Shown in pieces: positions 28,105-43,135 of a stretch of DNA of 64,000 nucleotides. The notes under the pieces were generated by a model that searched no databases, had not been told where the DNA came from, and was given only the letters and a program-made list of their open reading frames with translations. The stretch's first letter is position 1. Every line of letters starts with the position of its first letter. A program made the position numbers and the translations under genes. The stretch comes from the human T2T-CHM13v2.0 reference genome, Homo sapiens, in NCBI RefSeq assembly GCF_009914755.1, contig NC_060928.1. One strand, written 5' to 3'.

Positions 28105-28149
28105 CTTTATCCCCGGAAGTCCAGGAAGCCCAGGAAGCCCTGGTTCACC
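28105..28149 (-). CDS. COL25A1: Collagen XXV exon (~19), 45 nt, GEPGLPGLPGLPGIK
   Basis: Gly-X-Y x5; acceptor ttttcctgtgtag; donor AAG|GTAAAT. Confidence 0.95.
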
Positions 28150-30266
28150 CTACACAGGAAAATCATATAGCATTATAGAATGATATTCACTCAGTCACAA
28201 TATGTGGAGAAAAACATGGCAAATGTTCCTGGCTCAATACTTTCTGCAAAGATAAATAAAAAAACCGTCTACTTTCAAAAACTTTGATGAGATTATGCAA
28301 TTCAGTCAACTCTTGATTTAGAAATGGGTTGACCTCTTCACAGATTTTTTGGGATTTTCTCTCTTCCTTTCAGTTCACTGCACATTGGTATCTCCGTCAG
28401 ATGGCGAGAAAGAGGAGTCAAAAGAGAAGAAACTCCCATATTTCATTATTTCTTCCTTAAATGATTTGGTGGGGAGGCTGAATCTATTTGCCCAAATGAA
28501 GATAATGTGTGCATTTCAACAATGCATCCTATCCCAGTATTCCCTCACCTTAGATAATCAAGAGTTGGCTGTATGAACAGATGGTCACATCAAAACAATA
28601 TTCATTAAAAGTCTTGCTCACTTAAAAAGTATAGTAAGCTTTCCTTTTCATTCCTGAATGATGAGAAGATAAATGAATACTTAAGATTAAACCTAACTCC
28701 AGTCTGTACTTCTGACAATTGTTGAGTCTGAGCAACCCTGCTTAGCAGCTTAGGGCTAATGGTACTATGCAGCTGTTGCTGAATACAGGTTTGAGATTAA
28801 GTAGTACATTTTGGGTGAGCATATTGGAGTCAAGCTTAACCTTCTCATTTTCACAGAGTTGTCTACATTATTTTAAGCCCAAAGAATGATAATAAGAGGT
28901 TCCATTGCTTAGAAAATCTCCTGAATTCTACTAAAGAAGTATAAAGGAATCTCAGGAGAAAATGAAAGTCCTCTCTGTTGGATTGAAGTGATTATTTTTT
29001 GTGGAAATAACATTTGAAGGCAAAAGGGTGATACTACTTCGTGATGGCCAGTTAGTGGGATGACAACTATACTAAAAGACACAGGAGCATTAAACTAACA
29101 GTGAAGTGACAAAAGAAAGCATTTCCTTTCATCTAAATGCTTTAACAATCCTGGTTTCAAGGAACATCCACTAAGTTCAACCAGAAGTTTCATCTTTAGT
29201 AATATTACTTTCAAATTATGAAGCACCATAGTTTGTTCTGGTGTTATCACAAAGTGATGTCTGAGACTGCTTGTTAAGCTGTGTGATTAGACCAAAAAAG
29301 GACAATGGTTTTCTTGATGATTTAGGTCAAAGTTACTTCAGGAATGCAAAAGAAAAACGATTCTGTCTGAAACTATATAAATGAAGGTTTGCATTGTGAA
29401 CAATAAGACTAAAATGAGACTAAGCCAGAGGAGAAAGGCTGATTATCAAGAACTTGTTATTCCATTCAAAGAATGTCCAAGTAGATTAAATTTCACACAG
29501 ATATAACATTATATATTTGATCTTCTTTTACTTTCTCTTTTACCTTTCAATCAATGAGTTTAAGAGGATCCAGTAAAAAGAGCTTGTACATATTTTTTGC
29601 TGAAAATTCTCTTTTATGTTAAAAAAGTATAAGGCCCTTGAAAACAGTAAATTGCAATAGAATATACAATTAATAAAAGTAAACGTATTGATGGCAAATC
29701 TATAGCTTTGTATTCTTTCAGAAAAGTCCCCCCAAACTCATTTTTGCAGACATTCTATCTGAAACATTTGTGGAAGTATGTAGGTTGTAACATTATTGTC
29801 CAACGGGTGTTCTCGTCACCTCTTTTCCTCCCACCAAATGAAAGGATTGAATGATTACTTTAAAGAAAGATATTTATTTAAACACGCATGCATACATAGA
29901 CACACACCCATGTTTTTAATCAAGAAAAAGATGTGTAAGACATTATGGAATATTTTATAATGTAGATTGACTACTTACAGAGATTGAGCATTTAACTTTT
30001 CTCTACATCATATGTGTACTATGTATGTGTGTTAAGTAATAAATGTATTTTTTAGTGAACAGATACTTAGAAATTCATATTTCTCATAGTTTTCATATTT
30101 CATAATTTGACCTTTCAAGTTTATGTTTATTAGTTGATATGATGAAAGATTATAATACATGTAATGTTACCCTTTGTGGAACATCGCCTAACATTTTTAG
30201 AAAGACTTTTTTTTCCTATATAAATCCTCTGTCTTTATACCATAAAAGGTTATCTTCTAACTAGGA

Positions 30267-30365
30267 CAACTGTGTCCAACCCACAGCCCACGGGCCACAT
30301 GCAGCCCAGGATGGCTTTGAATATGGCCCAACACAAATTTATAAACTTTCTTAAAGTGCTATGAG

Positions 30366-30431
<66 letters not shown>

Positions 30432-30517
30432 TTTAGCTCATCAGCTATTTTATGTGTGGCCCAAGACAGTTTTTCTTCCAATGTGCCCCAGGGAAGACAA
30501 AAGATTGGACATTCCTG
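30267..30517 (-). mobile_element. MER30 (hAT) with internal (GT)n
   Basis: 'tgtccaacccacagcccacgggccacatgcagcccagg...gggaagacaaaagattggacattcctg' matches reverse MER30. Confidence 0.85.
30371..30428 (+). repeat. (GT)29 microsatellite
   Basis: Counted directly; uninterrupted. Confidence 0.98.
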
Positions 30518-33159
30518 AACTAAGTGATAGCTTTTCAGTTAACTTCTCCATTCTTCCCTATTCCTTGACTCAGGGGCTTCTCTCAAGAACTCAATTTGGG
30601 GATGCACAACCCAAAATCTGGGATCAGATCTTGGTCATAATTAGGATTTGATTCGTTATCCCATTCAAAGGGGGTATCAAAATAAATCAAAAGTGTAACA
30701 TATCTGTATAAAGCTTAACCTTCAGGTTTAGACTTTTGCTTTTTTCCCCTTCTTTTCACCTTTCACCCTCCATTACAGGAGAACCTCAAAATCAGGACTC
30801 TGCCTTCACCTCATGTCCCTGCTAGAGTGCCCTAAATATTTCTAGAGAGTTTAACTGTGAGGGGCCCTTCTGATAGGAGATCAATTTTACTCCTCTAAAA
30901 TTAAAATATTTATTTTTAAAAGATGTGGGAAAGTTAGGAAGGAAAGAATTAGGTGATGAAACACAATACTTATTTTATAAATCTACACACTCACTCTACA
31001 AGCACATATATACACTCCAACTCACACATCAATCACATACTAAACTCCTGAGGCTATAAAAGAAAGAAAATCCAATGGAATTATTCCTACATTATGAATA
31101 TAACTCTAGATCTCAAACTCTCATGCTGAAAAAGACCACAAGGTGGAAAGCTAACTGATGAGCTTTTTGCTGTGTCACAATATTCTGTACTTTTCTGGGA
31201 GTGTCTCTGACACAGGAGCCTAAGCGCCAATGAACCCCCAGCATGGTTCTGCAATGGAGAGGAAAATGCCGTGGAAGATCTCTTGAAGCGATTCTGTACT
31301 CAGTTCAGTTTATTTTTCTAATCTACATCAGCAGCAAGCATGGACATAATTTACTTTTAAATCAGTGTTGGGCTAAGTATTGCCAAGTCCCGATATTAGA
31401 CAAAGGAAGTCATAATATTGTGGGAAAGTGGGATTGTATCAAAGGGTAGAATCTGGCCTAAATATTAATGAAAAAGATGATGCTCACTTTAGGGCACATA
31501 CTCATTCAGGAGGACTGTAAGACTTTAAGGATTCTACCCCTTCTCTCAATATAGTTTAAAACTGGTTTTTAGTGCAATGCAAAGGAAATCCAGTGTTCCC
31601 ATGAGTAAATCTATAAACTTCCAGAATGAATCTAAACTGTATTTATAAGTAATCATTATGATAAGGCAATGTTTTATTAAGTAATTGAAAATCTATTTGA
31701 ATATTCCACTCTGAAAACAGTGTAAACTATACGAGATTATAGCAGGTTTGTTTTGGTTTATTTTTTAGAGACACAACTGTCTTACAGACTTTTTAGCAAA
31801 ACACAGACTTGGAGAGCAGTAAAAACTTAGCCTTTAAATTTGAAAGACTAAGGGACCTAAAATTAGATTGTCTGAGAAGATCAGTTGCTTTTTCAAACCA
31901 AAGCAGACCATGGATCTCTGTATCACTAATTCCAAATTTCTTAAATAGAGAATTGATAGGAAATATTATAAAATAAATAGTAAATTTTGCAAAGTTCTGC
32001 TAGGCTCTTTGAAAGAGTCTCAACTTTACCTAAAACTGGGCCTAATGAGTCATTGCTTAGACTCTTAGTTTTGAGAGAAAAATCTGTTTTTAAATTAGAG
32101 AAATGTTAAAAGAATGTGAAAGACCTCCTCAAAAATTATGTCCATCCTAAGTGTTTAAAATGAAGCAATTATCCTCTCAATGACTTCAAGAAGTTGGAAA
32201 CCTTATTTTACTACATCTTCAGGTTCCAAAATACAAGAAGGGATTTATTCTCTCTTCCCTTTTCTGCTAATAGGTAAATTTTATTTTTCTATTCATATGT
32301 TTATCTACAGCATCAGCTACTGCTAGACAAAGGCAGAGTCATGATCTTTAAGAGATTTAACCTAATATAGAATCCACATTTACTTGCTAGCTACATCTGT
32401 GGTCTAAAATCTGACTGTATGGGCATTGATATCCAAATGCTCAGACGATAAACTGCTAGCATGTGTTTCCTGTTTCAGACTCAAATGAGAGTATGAATCT
32501 AAACATATTCACTGCATGTCTTCTAACTTATTGCTAAAGTGACATACAAATAAAAAAACAAAAACTAATGTATCCATAAAATGGTATGGCTATAGTGCCT
32601 CTAATTAAAATTTAGTTCATTAACAAATTTAGTGTGTATAACAACAGTCATGGCACAAGTAGATATAAATCACATAAAAAATTATCAGTATGGAAGCATT
32701 TGCAATGATAGGAAAAGGAATATAATTCATAAAGAATTGTCCATCACTATTGAGACAGTTTAATGACAGTTAGAAACAGCAAAGCAACACAGCCAATTAT
32801 AGACATTTTTTTCTATTAAAAAGTTATTTAAAAAAAGATAGAAACATGCAGATTACCATGAAGCATGCAGGATACATTGTTGGCATTCCAACCCACCTAA
32901 TCTTTGTGAGTTTCAAACAGCTAAGTATATGCAGACTTTTATTTCACAAAGCATCTTTTACATATATAAAGTTTGTTTGCACATTGTGCTATGGTCATCA
33001 TCAAGACCTTTTAAAATGCAAAACAACAATAACACTCTGTAATGCAAAACATGAAAACCGCATCATTTTGTAATAATTGTTTTCATATTACACAGTGGAT
33101 GGTAGATATAAAATGGTGAATATGAGACAGTAGGAACACACTAGAGATAGAGATATTAC

Positions 33160-33195
33160 CTTTTGCCCTGGACGACCAGATTCCCCAGGTTCTCC
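33160..33195 (-). CDS. COL25A1: Collagen XXV exon (~18), 36 nt, GEPGESGRPGQK
   Basis: Gly-X-Y x4; acceptor ttttctttggccag; donor AAG|GTAATA. Confidence 0.95.
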
Positions 33196-33637
33196 CTGGC
33201 CAAAGAAAACCAAAGATGAAAAACACAGTCTTAAAAGAATTTTCTAAAACACTTAGACCTCTGGGCACCATCACAGGGATGGCCTAGCCCCCTTCTTCAA
33301 CCACATGTCTTTTATTTCCTTTATCCTGTGACTCTACATCTCACTAGACATACGGATTTTTTTTTTTTTTTTTTGCTGTAAATATAGCTATAGATCACAT
33401 ATAAATCACATTTCCATAAAAACCAATCAGAAAGGGAAGAGAATGCAAGACTTCTTATTTAAACCTTCATCACATTTCCCACAGATATTCCCTATTGTTT
33501 TTGGAAGCCCAGTTATTGTAGGAGAATAAGAACAGAGTTATAACCATCAAAGTTGCTAAAAAGGGAGAGAAAGTAGAGGCCTATAAAAATCAGAACTGTA
33601 ACTCCTGGAGTACAAATACTTGCAAGGTTATAGTTAC

Positions 33638-33670
33638 CTTAATTCCTGCAGCAGATGATCCAGGGTCACC
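33638..33670 (-). CDS. COL25A1: Collagen XXV exon (~17), 33 nt, GDPGSSAAGIK
   Basis: Helix interruption GSSAA; acceptor tttcgttttag; donor AAG|GTAACT. Confidence 0.93.
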
Positions 33671-33790
33671 CTAAAACGAAACCCAGGAGAGATTATCTCA
33701 CAAGTTATGGGAATAGGAAACATCACAAGCACTCAGAGAGCCATCACCAACACAGGTACTCAAAGGGTATCTCATGACTAATGCGCCTAA

Positions 33791-33878
33791 CTACGTTCCA
33801 GAAGACTTTGTACCAACATCTCAGCTGTTAAGATCTACGTTCCATAAGACTTTGTACCAATATCTCAGCTGTTAAGAT
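33791..33878. repeat. 44-bp tandem duplication, 2 copies
   Basis: ctacgttcca(g/t)aagactttgtaccaa(c/t)atctcagctgttaagat x2, 2 mismatches. Confidence 0.95.
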
Positions 33879-36800
33879 GTCAACAATTTCCAAGATAAAC
33901 AATGTACTTCCTAAAAACTGGGTTTACTTCACATGCAGATACATAAGGACTACATTCCGTGAAATAAACATGAATTTCTTCCCTTGATACAGTGCTAAAA
34001 ATACATCGTGAAGCAATAAATTACAATTTAGGGGTATGGAACTTTTGGCTTTCTCTATTCCTGGAATTCATTAATGCCATCAGCTATCATTTACTGGGAG
34101 TTCCCTGACCCTTTTGCTCTTCAGCAAGTCAAGGTTCAACAGATGAAGTCAGAGGTTAATGATGTCGAGTTAGAAAAAGCCACGCAGCAGATCAGTTTGT
34201 TTTCCTCATGAAGCACTGTCACAGATACAATGGGCACGTTTTTTCCAGCTTTACACTTATTTCATTGTAACTCAGGCACCAGGAAGTTACAGGATGATGG
34301 ATGACTTGTGGGTGAGGGGGACACATGTGAGCTCTGAGAGAAAGTCTTGAGAATCTGTTTTTTTATAAGGCACTGTGTTCCAGCCAGATTTCACAGAGGG
34401 TGAATACTTCTCTAAAGCAAATGTGTTATAAATAAGCAGATAGGAACTAATGGGGAAAATAATATGGAGGGTAGCTGGGAATGTTGCTTATTTCTGAAAT
34501 GAAGTCAGCAAAGGGCCTAGAATTTCAAGTTCCTTCTAGCCCTCTCTGTCTCATGAATACGCTAGAAGGAAAAAGAAAAGGTCATTTGAGACTGTCAAGA
34601 AAATAGAAACAGCCACAGGAGGGAGGCACATATTGGGATTTCCTCAGCTGTCTCATCTGTACAAATGCTCAAGGAGCTCCGGGGGCCCATTTCCTTGTTC
34701 TAGATTCCAGAAGCTGCTCATCAATCTCTTTTAGAGACAGACATAAGGCCTCAGGCCTCTGTACACGGGCCACTTGCCCAGCTCCCTCAATTTCTCTCCC
34801 CTCTGCCCATGGCTGGCTTTGCCTCAAAGACCCCTTCACCAACCAGCCTAGACACATCAGACGCATGCCCCTCATGCACACATCTTACTCCGTAGCATCA
34901 TGCTCTGTTCATGTCCACCGCAGCTCACTTTCTAATTGGCTATTTATGTTCCCTGCCTATTCATTGTCTATCTCTCTGTTAGACAGTTAGCTACATGTGA
35001 GCAGATTCTGGATCTATTTTTATTCAGTTCCCGGGCCCATAGTATATGCTCAATACATGTAAGGTGAACGAATGAACAGATCTCAAAAAGAATTTTTAAA
35101 CAGGTTAATTGTCAAGGATCAAAATGTAAATTCTTCAGGAAGGGGGAAAAAAACGCTTATGAAAGAGAAGGAAATAGCAAATTAGCTTGTTAAGTAAACC
35201 GATAGTTATGTGAGTTTCTTTGACATCTATAATTGCTATTCCTCCTGTTGAAAATTAAAATGTAACTAAACATAAAAAACAAGAAGACCCTAATACTGTC
35301 TTACTGTAGAATGAGACTGATTTCTCTTGCTAATCATTAATATCCAATTGAGTTCCAAATGGGAAGCAACATGTCCAATAAAAAGAATATTTATTTCTAG
35401 TAAATTAAGTCTGAAAGCCATCAGTACCAATGAATCAGGTTTGCAATATTTTATACAATAATATCTTTGAATTCATAAAAGCAATTTTGACTCTACAAAG
35501 TTCCTACTTTATCTCATTTAAACCTCACAAAACTCTCATGAAATAAAGGGGGCAGATATTACTATTTCCATTTAATAAACAAGGATATCAAAGCAGCTAG
35601 AGGTTAAATGAATTTGGGGCTTCCTAAATTCTACTGCCGTGTTTTAGGTTTTTTTTTTTTAATACAAAAAAATTGTTGGCTTATTTCATTTTGACAACAG
35701 GACATAAAGGTTGTAGTAAACTTGTAAATACAAAGAAGCTGCTTGTATTAATTGTAGTTGAATTCAATATCTTAATGAAAAGCATCCAGATAATCCCTAA
35801 TGTGAATAAAGACTAGATTTAGTTCTCATAAAAAGTGGATGGAAAGAAAAAGACAGTTTCTTGAAAGGCCAATATATTTGTGGAAATCTGAGCAGTTCCA
35901 TTTGATGGACAACTAAGGGTGATTTTTTTTTTCTTTTTTAAAGACTTAGAACTGTGAAATCTCATGGAATTTTTATAACTTTTAAGTGGTAACATGACTG
36001 CTGGAAGACAGTCATAAGTTAAACATTTTAAAGGATAATGCTGCAAGTAGTGGAAATAAAACAGTGTGTGTTTATAATCCTCCTTCCCCACAAAGTAAAA
36101 ATGAATACTGGATTAAAGTAGGGGGAAAAACCCCAACTGCGTCTTAAGTATACTCTTAGCTTCATAAGTCAGTTGGCTTGGAAATAAAAATTTCTACAGG
36201 GTAAGTTATAGATGAGGAAATACTATGAGAAGATACTTGAGATAAATGAATTTGACTTTACTATGTTTCATTCAAGCACAGTTTCCATTTTTGTTTGTGA
36301 TTATTTTCAAAACAACACTCAGATAATTATATGTGTGTGTTAATAAGGCACATGTGGATATATGAAGTTAATGTAGTGACTTATTTTTATCAGTCATTAA
36401 TTCATTCAACAAATACTTAGCAAGCACTAATTGTGTGCCAGACATATCTATTAATAGATGCTGAGAGCTGGGAGATAACAGTGAACAATGAAGTTATAAT
36501 CCTTGTCCTTGTCCTGCATTACAATGATCATTTTCTAATATATGTAGTGCAAAAATATTATTGATGGAAAGCATGAAAGGTAATTCATTTTTTTCTTTCT
36601 TTCCTTTTCTTTTTTTGAAATCTGGTGTAGAAAGAGACTGTCATGTTTGGAAAAGTCTGTGTCACTATGCATGCACAGAAGACACGATAAGCAAATGCAT
36701 GGCTATCAAAGGAATTATAAAGAGTGCTGTGGAGAATATAGCAGGTGACCTACCTAATCCAGAGGAGACTGAAGGCTGCTCCAGGGAAATGACTTATAAA

Positions 36801-38360
36801 TTAAGTTTACAGCGGACTGAAGAATGAGTAATATTAGAAAGTAGAGAAGTGGTGATGAGGAGTCAGGGGGCGGAGGACAGACAGCAACAGTATTCTAAAT
36901 TATGGGAATGATGTGTGCTAATTAGGGAAGGCCCGGCACCAATTAGGGTGGGATAGGCCTTCAGGTGTGATTTTATGAAAAGAAGACAGTTTGGTTGGCT
37001 CCAAATATGATGTGGCTTCTGAAAAGGCTCAGAGGATGCAAGTCAAAGACGCATTTTCATACTTCATACTTCATACATGCATCTTTGCTATGTAGATGTG
37101 AAGTATGAAGATGAAGACAGTGTGAATACACATAGGAATGGAAATGGGGGAGAGGGGAGCAAAGAAAAAAAAACAGGTAATGCTAAGAAAGTGAAGGCAG
37201 AGCTTTTGAACCAACAGACAGAATTGTGAAGAGTAGAGTGATGTGGCCAAACCATTTAGTGTGCAGCACAAATACCCCATTTCGCACAGGGGAAAATAGA
37301 TAAGAAATCAATTTCTACATTTATTGGTGGGGTTAACACTCCAAAGAGTGGGACATAATCCTTCAATAGTAACTCTACGCATGACTGAACTCCGTCTTTG
37401 GCAGGTTTACGCTCTTAAATCTAGGGTGTACCATGGTTGTAGGCCAGAGTGTGCTGAAGCTGCTGGCCACAGAGAAAACCCAGCCTAGTGGTTTTTACAG
37501 TTCCACAGTATTTCCAGATGACCAGTCTGGAAAGGTTTAGATTACTTTACCATCCAAAGGCGCTGAGTTGAATCAAAAGGAAAAAAAAATCCTATTAAAG
37601 TCAATCAATGACGTAATTTACTACATCAATGGCAGAAAAGAAGGATTTTTTAAAATTTTTACATCTCAAACTTGGTAAACGATGAATGAGTTTCACATAC
37701 TGAACACAAAGGCCATGAGAAGAGTGTTTCCAACATGCTGGAAACAAATTATATGACAGAAGCAGGAAATGTTTAAAAAACACATCAAAAATTATATTCC
37801 AATTACAGCATTCTTGGGATAAATGCTACAGGTCGGATTACATATTATACACATTACAGATTCCTATTTACAATCCCCTGTTTAGACCCATTGAAGGTTT
37901 ATAGAAATGATTTCCGTTTTAACTGAAGTATTTCTTATACTTAATTTCAGCTGACTGATAAAACTTTTTGATAAAAAAAAGAATAACAATCTAGTTGATT
38001 TCAATTTCCATGTGGGAAGAAAAGCTAATATTTATTGAGAGTTTATTATGTGTGAGTCAGTATGGTAAATGATTTGCATTAATATATAAAATAAGAACAG
38101 TATTCCTTTGAGATGAACTTGGTCTTTTCAAAGAAAAAAGCTGTTTTACCATTGTAAAATTAAATTTCAAAAATTTTAATTTTACAATATGATTGAAGAA
38201 ACAATTATTGGCCTACATTCCAAAAATGAAACTTTAAAAAGACATCTTTTAAGCATAAAATTCTCTACATAAATCCACATAGGCATTGTTCAGATGTAGT
38301 ATAAATTTTTTTCACTTGAAAAAAACTGCCCTCTGTGTAGAATATTTCCTTTCTTTTAAG

Positions 38361-38651
38361 CAGAGGTTGGTAACTATGGCCAAATTCAGTTGGCCACCTG
38401 CAAGACCCAGGAGCTAAAAATGGTTTTTAAAAATCAAAATAACAATAATAATTCATGACACATGAAAATTACAAGAAATTAAAATTTCAGTGTCCAGAAA
38501 TAAAGTTTTATTGGAACACAGCCTACTCACTTGTTTATGTATTGTCTATGGTTGCTTTCATGCCATAACAACAGAGTTGAGTAGCTGTGACAGAGACCAC
38601 ATGGCCCACAAAATCTAAAATATTTATGTTCTGGTACTTTACTGACTTCTG
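38361..38651 (+). mobile_element. MER58-family hAT DNA transposon
   Basis: 'aataaagttttattggaacacagcc...cagagttgagtagctgtgacagagacc'. Confidence 0.8.
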
Positions 38652-38831
38652 CTTTTAAGCAAAAACAAGCAAGTTAGATGTAACACCAGGTTTATATATT
38701 TAGGATTTCAAATTTTGACTTTGAGAGTAATCAGGGTATATCATTGGTCTCATTTGTATTAAACAGATTCATGCCATATTTGATTGCAGCATGATACTTA
38801 AATTTGGCAGATAAATAAAATGGGCCTACAG

Positions 38832-39030
38832 CAGTGATACTCAACTGTGGGTGGCTTTGTCCCCCAGGTAACGTTTGACAATACCTGGAGACATGTTTGA
38901 TTGTCACAACTTGGAGGTGCCATAGGCATCTTGTGAGTAGAGGCCAAAAATGATGCTAAACATCTGAGGGCCCCGTAACAGAGAATTATCTGGCCCCAAA
39001 TGTCAATAATGCTGAGGTTGAGAAACACAG
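38832..39030 (+). mobile_element. MER20 hAT DNA transposon
   Basis: 'ctggagacatgtttgattgtcacaac...ccccaaatgtcaataatgctgaggttgagaaac'. Confidence 0.85.
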
Positions 39031-39661
39031 ATCTATAAGAAACTGAGCCCACTCTAATTTCTAGACTCCTCGAATATGAATATAATTGCTACTTGGTGAC
39101 ATTAATTCATTCCTACCACACATGCCATATTTATATTAATATTTGTGGGAAGAAAAAAGATAAATTTCTTTTTATTTTGCAGCTATGTTTTTATGACTAA
39201 CCATTATCCATCTGTACTGTAGTAATTTTCAAAGTGGAATAGTCTTAGTCTCAACTGTAAGGCTAAATAAATAAATCTTCATCACTCAACTACTTAGCTT
39301 GATTTAAATTAAAACCCATCTGACTTTATTCTATTTTCAATTTCTTAAAAGATCTTCTTAATCTTTAACACATAGCACAAGTGAAGTATAACATCCTTCC
39401 TCTGTCAGAGGTATCTATAAAGTATGAATCCAAGCAAAAGCTATCACGATAGACTGAGGAAAAATAAGAAGAGAGGAGGCAGAAGACAAGCCACAAGACT
39501 ACTGCAGTATAAATGCTAATAATGGTTTAAAAGACCCTTTGCCCCAGGACTGAATATGAAGCCTGACAAAATACCCAGATTTAGTGGAATTTGAATTGAG
39601 GTAAATTTTCAAGACTGCATTAGAGTGTCTAATCAAGTGACATTAACTTATAATCAAACTT

Positions 39662-40195
<534 letters not shown>

Positions 40196-40614
40196 TCAAA
40201 CTTGTAAATCTCATTCCAATCCTCTGACATGTTCTCTCCTGAAACTGGCACAAACTGAATCACTTTAGGGTCCCTATTTTCATATACCTGCGCATAAAGG
40301 GAGCGTCCCATTTACACATGAATAAGTGTTTTAATTCCTTGAAAGCCATATTACTGAAAACTTAGCTACACATTTTCTATAATTTTTGATATATCATTTT
40401 ACTTTGAAAATATTTTAATTTGTGGATAGGAGCTTGTGGAATAATCACCTTTTATAAATCAAGTATTTAAATGTTTTCTAATCTTGGAGAATGATCTCTG
40501 ACCTTTTCATATTAAGCAACTCTCACTCATCTCTCTAAAAATCCCCCATCTTCATAAACTTGAAGTATATTTCTTGCTCACATATGTACCCTTTCATGTC
40601 TTACAAAACTGTAC

Positions 40615-40659
40615 CTTTTCGCCTGTGTCACCCTTGGGGCCGTTCTCTCCAGCGTCTCC
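40615..40659 (-). CDS. COL25A1: Collagen XXV exon (~16), 45 nt, GDAGENGPKGDTGEK
   Basis: Gly-X-Y x5; acceptor ctcctcag; donor AAG|GTACAG; visible at the end of track ORF 40594..40968. Confidence 0.95.
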
Positions 40660-41419
40660 CTGAGGAGGTGAGAAAGTGACACATGTAAAATACATTGGTG
40701 ACGTCAAGCAGATAATATTTTTCATTATTTTAAGCTTTCTTTCATGAACACTATATATTAAAATCTGTTGCAAATGCTCTATAGAGCTAATGTATTTATA
40801 CTTGACCAGTTGTCTGATATCAATAAAAGAAATTTTACTACAACTAACATGGCTGAACAGTTTTAAACTATTCCACAGTATTAACAGAAAACACTTATCT
40901 GTCTTCCAATGCCTTATTTGGGCACTTAAAGCCTTCTTAATTCTGTCTCTGCTCAAAGCTCCACGCAAACAAAGGCTTTCTCCTGACAGTTCCCTGAATA
41001 TGCCATGGGCCTTACCAACTCTGAGGCCTTCTTCATATCATTCCTGTCACCTGGATCCCTCCCCTCTCTTTCCCTTTCCATCTGTATAAATCCTGTCCTG
41101 TCTTCAAGCATATCTCAAAATCTCCAGGGCCTCAAAGTACATGACAGGGCCCTCAAAACCTGTGGACTGAATATTGATTTATCTGGGCCTACATGGTTTG
41201 CATTTGTGAAATGAATGTTTTATGCTTTACTAGAAAAATTTTTTAAATCATAGTTTATGCTTTTTTTGTTGTTATTTTTGAGACTTCCTATGCCTGTTCC
41301 CTCACTGACATCTCTTTTCTGCCTACAAAGCAATGCATTAGGGAAATAAGCATTCGTTTATTATCTTCCTTAAATTCTGAATTCTTCAATATAAGTCTTA
41401 CAATATGTTATGTGGAAAT

Positions 41420-41620
41420 GTTATGGACTTTGGAGCCAGGGAGACAGACCAGTTCCAGCACCTACTGGGCAAATGAGATTCTCTTTGCATCAGGTTTCTC
41501 CTGTGCAATGTAATAGAAAGGATAATTTACACAGTTATAAGAAATAAGTACTACACTGTGTGTAAAGCAACTAGGGCAGTATCTGGCACATCATAAGCTA
41601 TTAATGATAACAATGCATTA
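41420..41620 (+). mobile_element. MIR SINE
   Basis: 'tggactttggagccag...tgtaaagcaactagggcagtatctggcacatcataag'. Confidence 0.6.
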
Positions 41621-42920
41621 CTATTCACATATTCCATAGGCTGGAATGCAGTCACTTTTCTATTACTCAAAAAGTTTCTTAAAATAGGACAGAAACTATT
41701 GATCATAACTTTCTTGGGAGGGGGGAGAAAGGAAGTTGGGAAGGCAGACTTTCACTTTTTTCCTCTGTATTTTGTTTTATTCTTTCAAATAAGCATGAAG
41801 TTAGTCTGCCTGGGCATTTGTTTATGGTGACAAATACACTGCGGCAGGCCACAAGAGCCTGGGACACTTTCTCTGATGAACGCCTGGTATGGTGCTGATA
41901 CTGCTCCTTTTCCCTCCTAATTTCTACCAAAAGAGTCACCCAGTGACTAATTAATTTCAGGTTAATTACCATGAACTGATTGGATGCTAAATAAATGTCC
42001 TAGTAATGTGTTATGAGGGATCTTTGATAGGCAGTTGATTTGCATGCTTTTTATAAAATTGCACAAAAATCCCTCTATTACAGAACAAAACAAACAAACT
42101 AACCTTCTTAGTAGGGAAACTGGCTCAGAGTAATTGCAAAGTGAAGGGTTTGACTGAGCTGTCCCCTCAGGAAACTGCCCTTTCCACCCACGTATTTTGC
42201 TCCCCCTCCATTAAATAAATGGTTTTTTTTCTTTACAATGTTGAAAAATACAGTTATAATTAAGAATTTTTCTTGATCTTTACATAAACTTCTTTTGGGA
42301 TGAGAGGTTATAATACTGATTTGTCAGAAAGACCATATCACTTACAAAGAGCATGATGTAGTAACTTGGTAGTTTCCTACTCAGCATATTTTTCAAACAC
42401 TATTAAAATAAGTAGCATGAGAACCAGGAAAATAAGTATCGTAATATGCAATCAGAGCCTAAAAATAATCAGGACAGGCCCAAGTAAGAAAAAGAGTCTA
42501 GGAGTAACTTAACACTCTGCTCTTCCTGTTTCTCTTTTTGGTTTTTATGGGAATTCTTTGTGGGCAACCTTCAGATAATTGCTGCAGGTAAACATCTGTA
42601 TCCCTTTAACCTAGTGACATTAGAAGCAGTAGAGAGAGATGTGGGTGCTTGGAGAAGCATTAGAATGGCATTAGCAAGTAGGCAGACCAGATTTTGCAGG
42701 CCTAAGGATTTTTGAAACCCGTTTAAAAGCTTAAAAGCCTGACACAGAATGTTTAAATTTGCTCCCTTTCTCTTCATTATTAAATATTTGTTCTGAAGGT
42801 ACATCGGCACCTTTCTCTTTATTTTTTAAAACTTTTTTTAACCCAAATTTTTGTCTATACATAAGAATCACACTATTTCCTCCTTCCACTAATTAACAGT
42901 TTGAAAAAACACAGGAGTCA

Positions 42921-43022
42921 TATCTATATCTATATATCTCTATATCTATATATCTATATATCTATCTACCTACCTACCTACCTATTAATCTACACACCCA
43001 TCCATCCATCCACCCATCCATT
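42921..43022 (+). repeat. Compound (TATC/TA)n-(CCTA)n-(CCAT)n microsatellite
   Basis: Directly visible. Confidence 0.9.
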
Positions 43023-43108
43023 CATGCATATAGTTTAGTTTGAGTACTTCTTTGGTATGCTGGTGGTGGGGAGTAGGGAGAGAGAAATACAGGCAGAATC
43101 ATTCTTAC

Positions 43109-43135
43109 CTTTTCACCTTGTTCTCCAGGTTCTCC
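43109..43135 (-). CDS. COL25A1: Collagen XXV microexon (~15), 27 nt, GEPGEQGEK
   Basis: Gly-X-Y x3; acceptor tctttttgctcag; donor AAG|GTAAGA. Confidence 0.94.
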
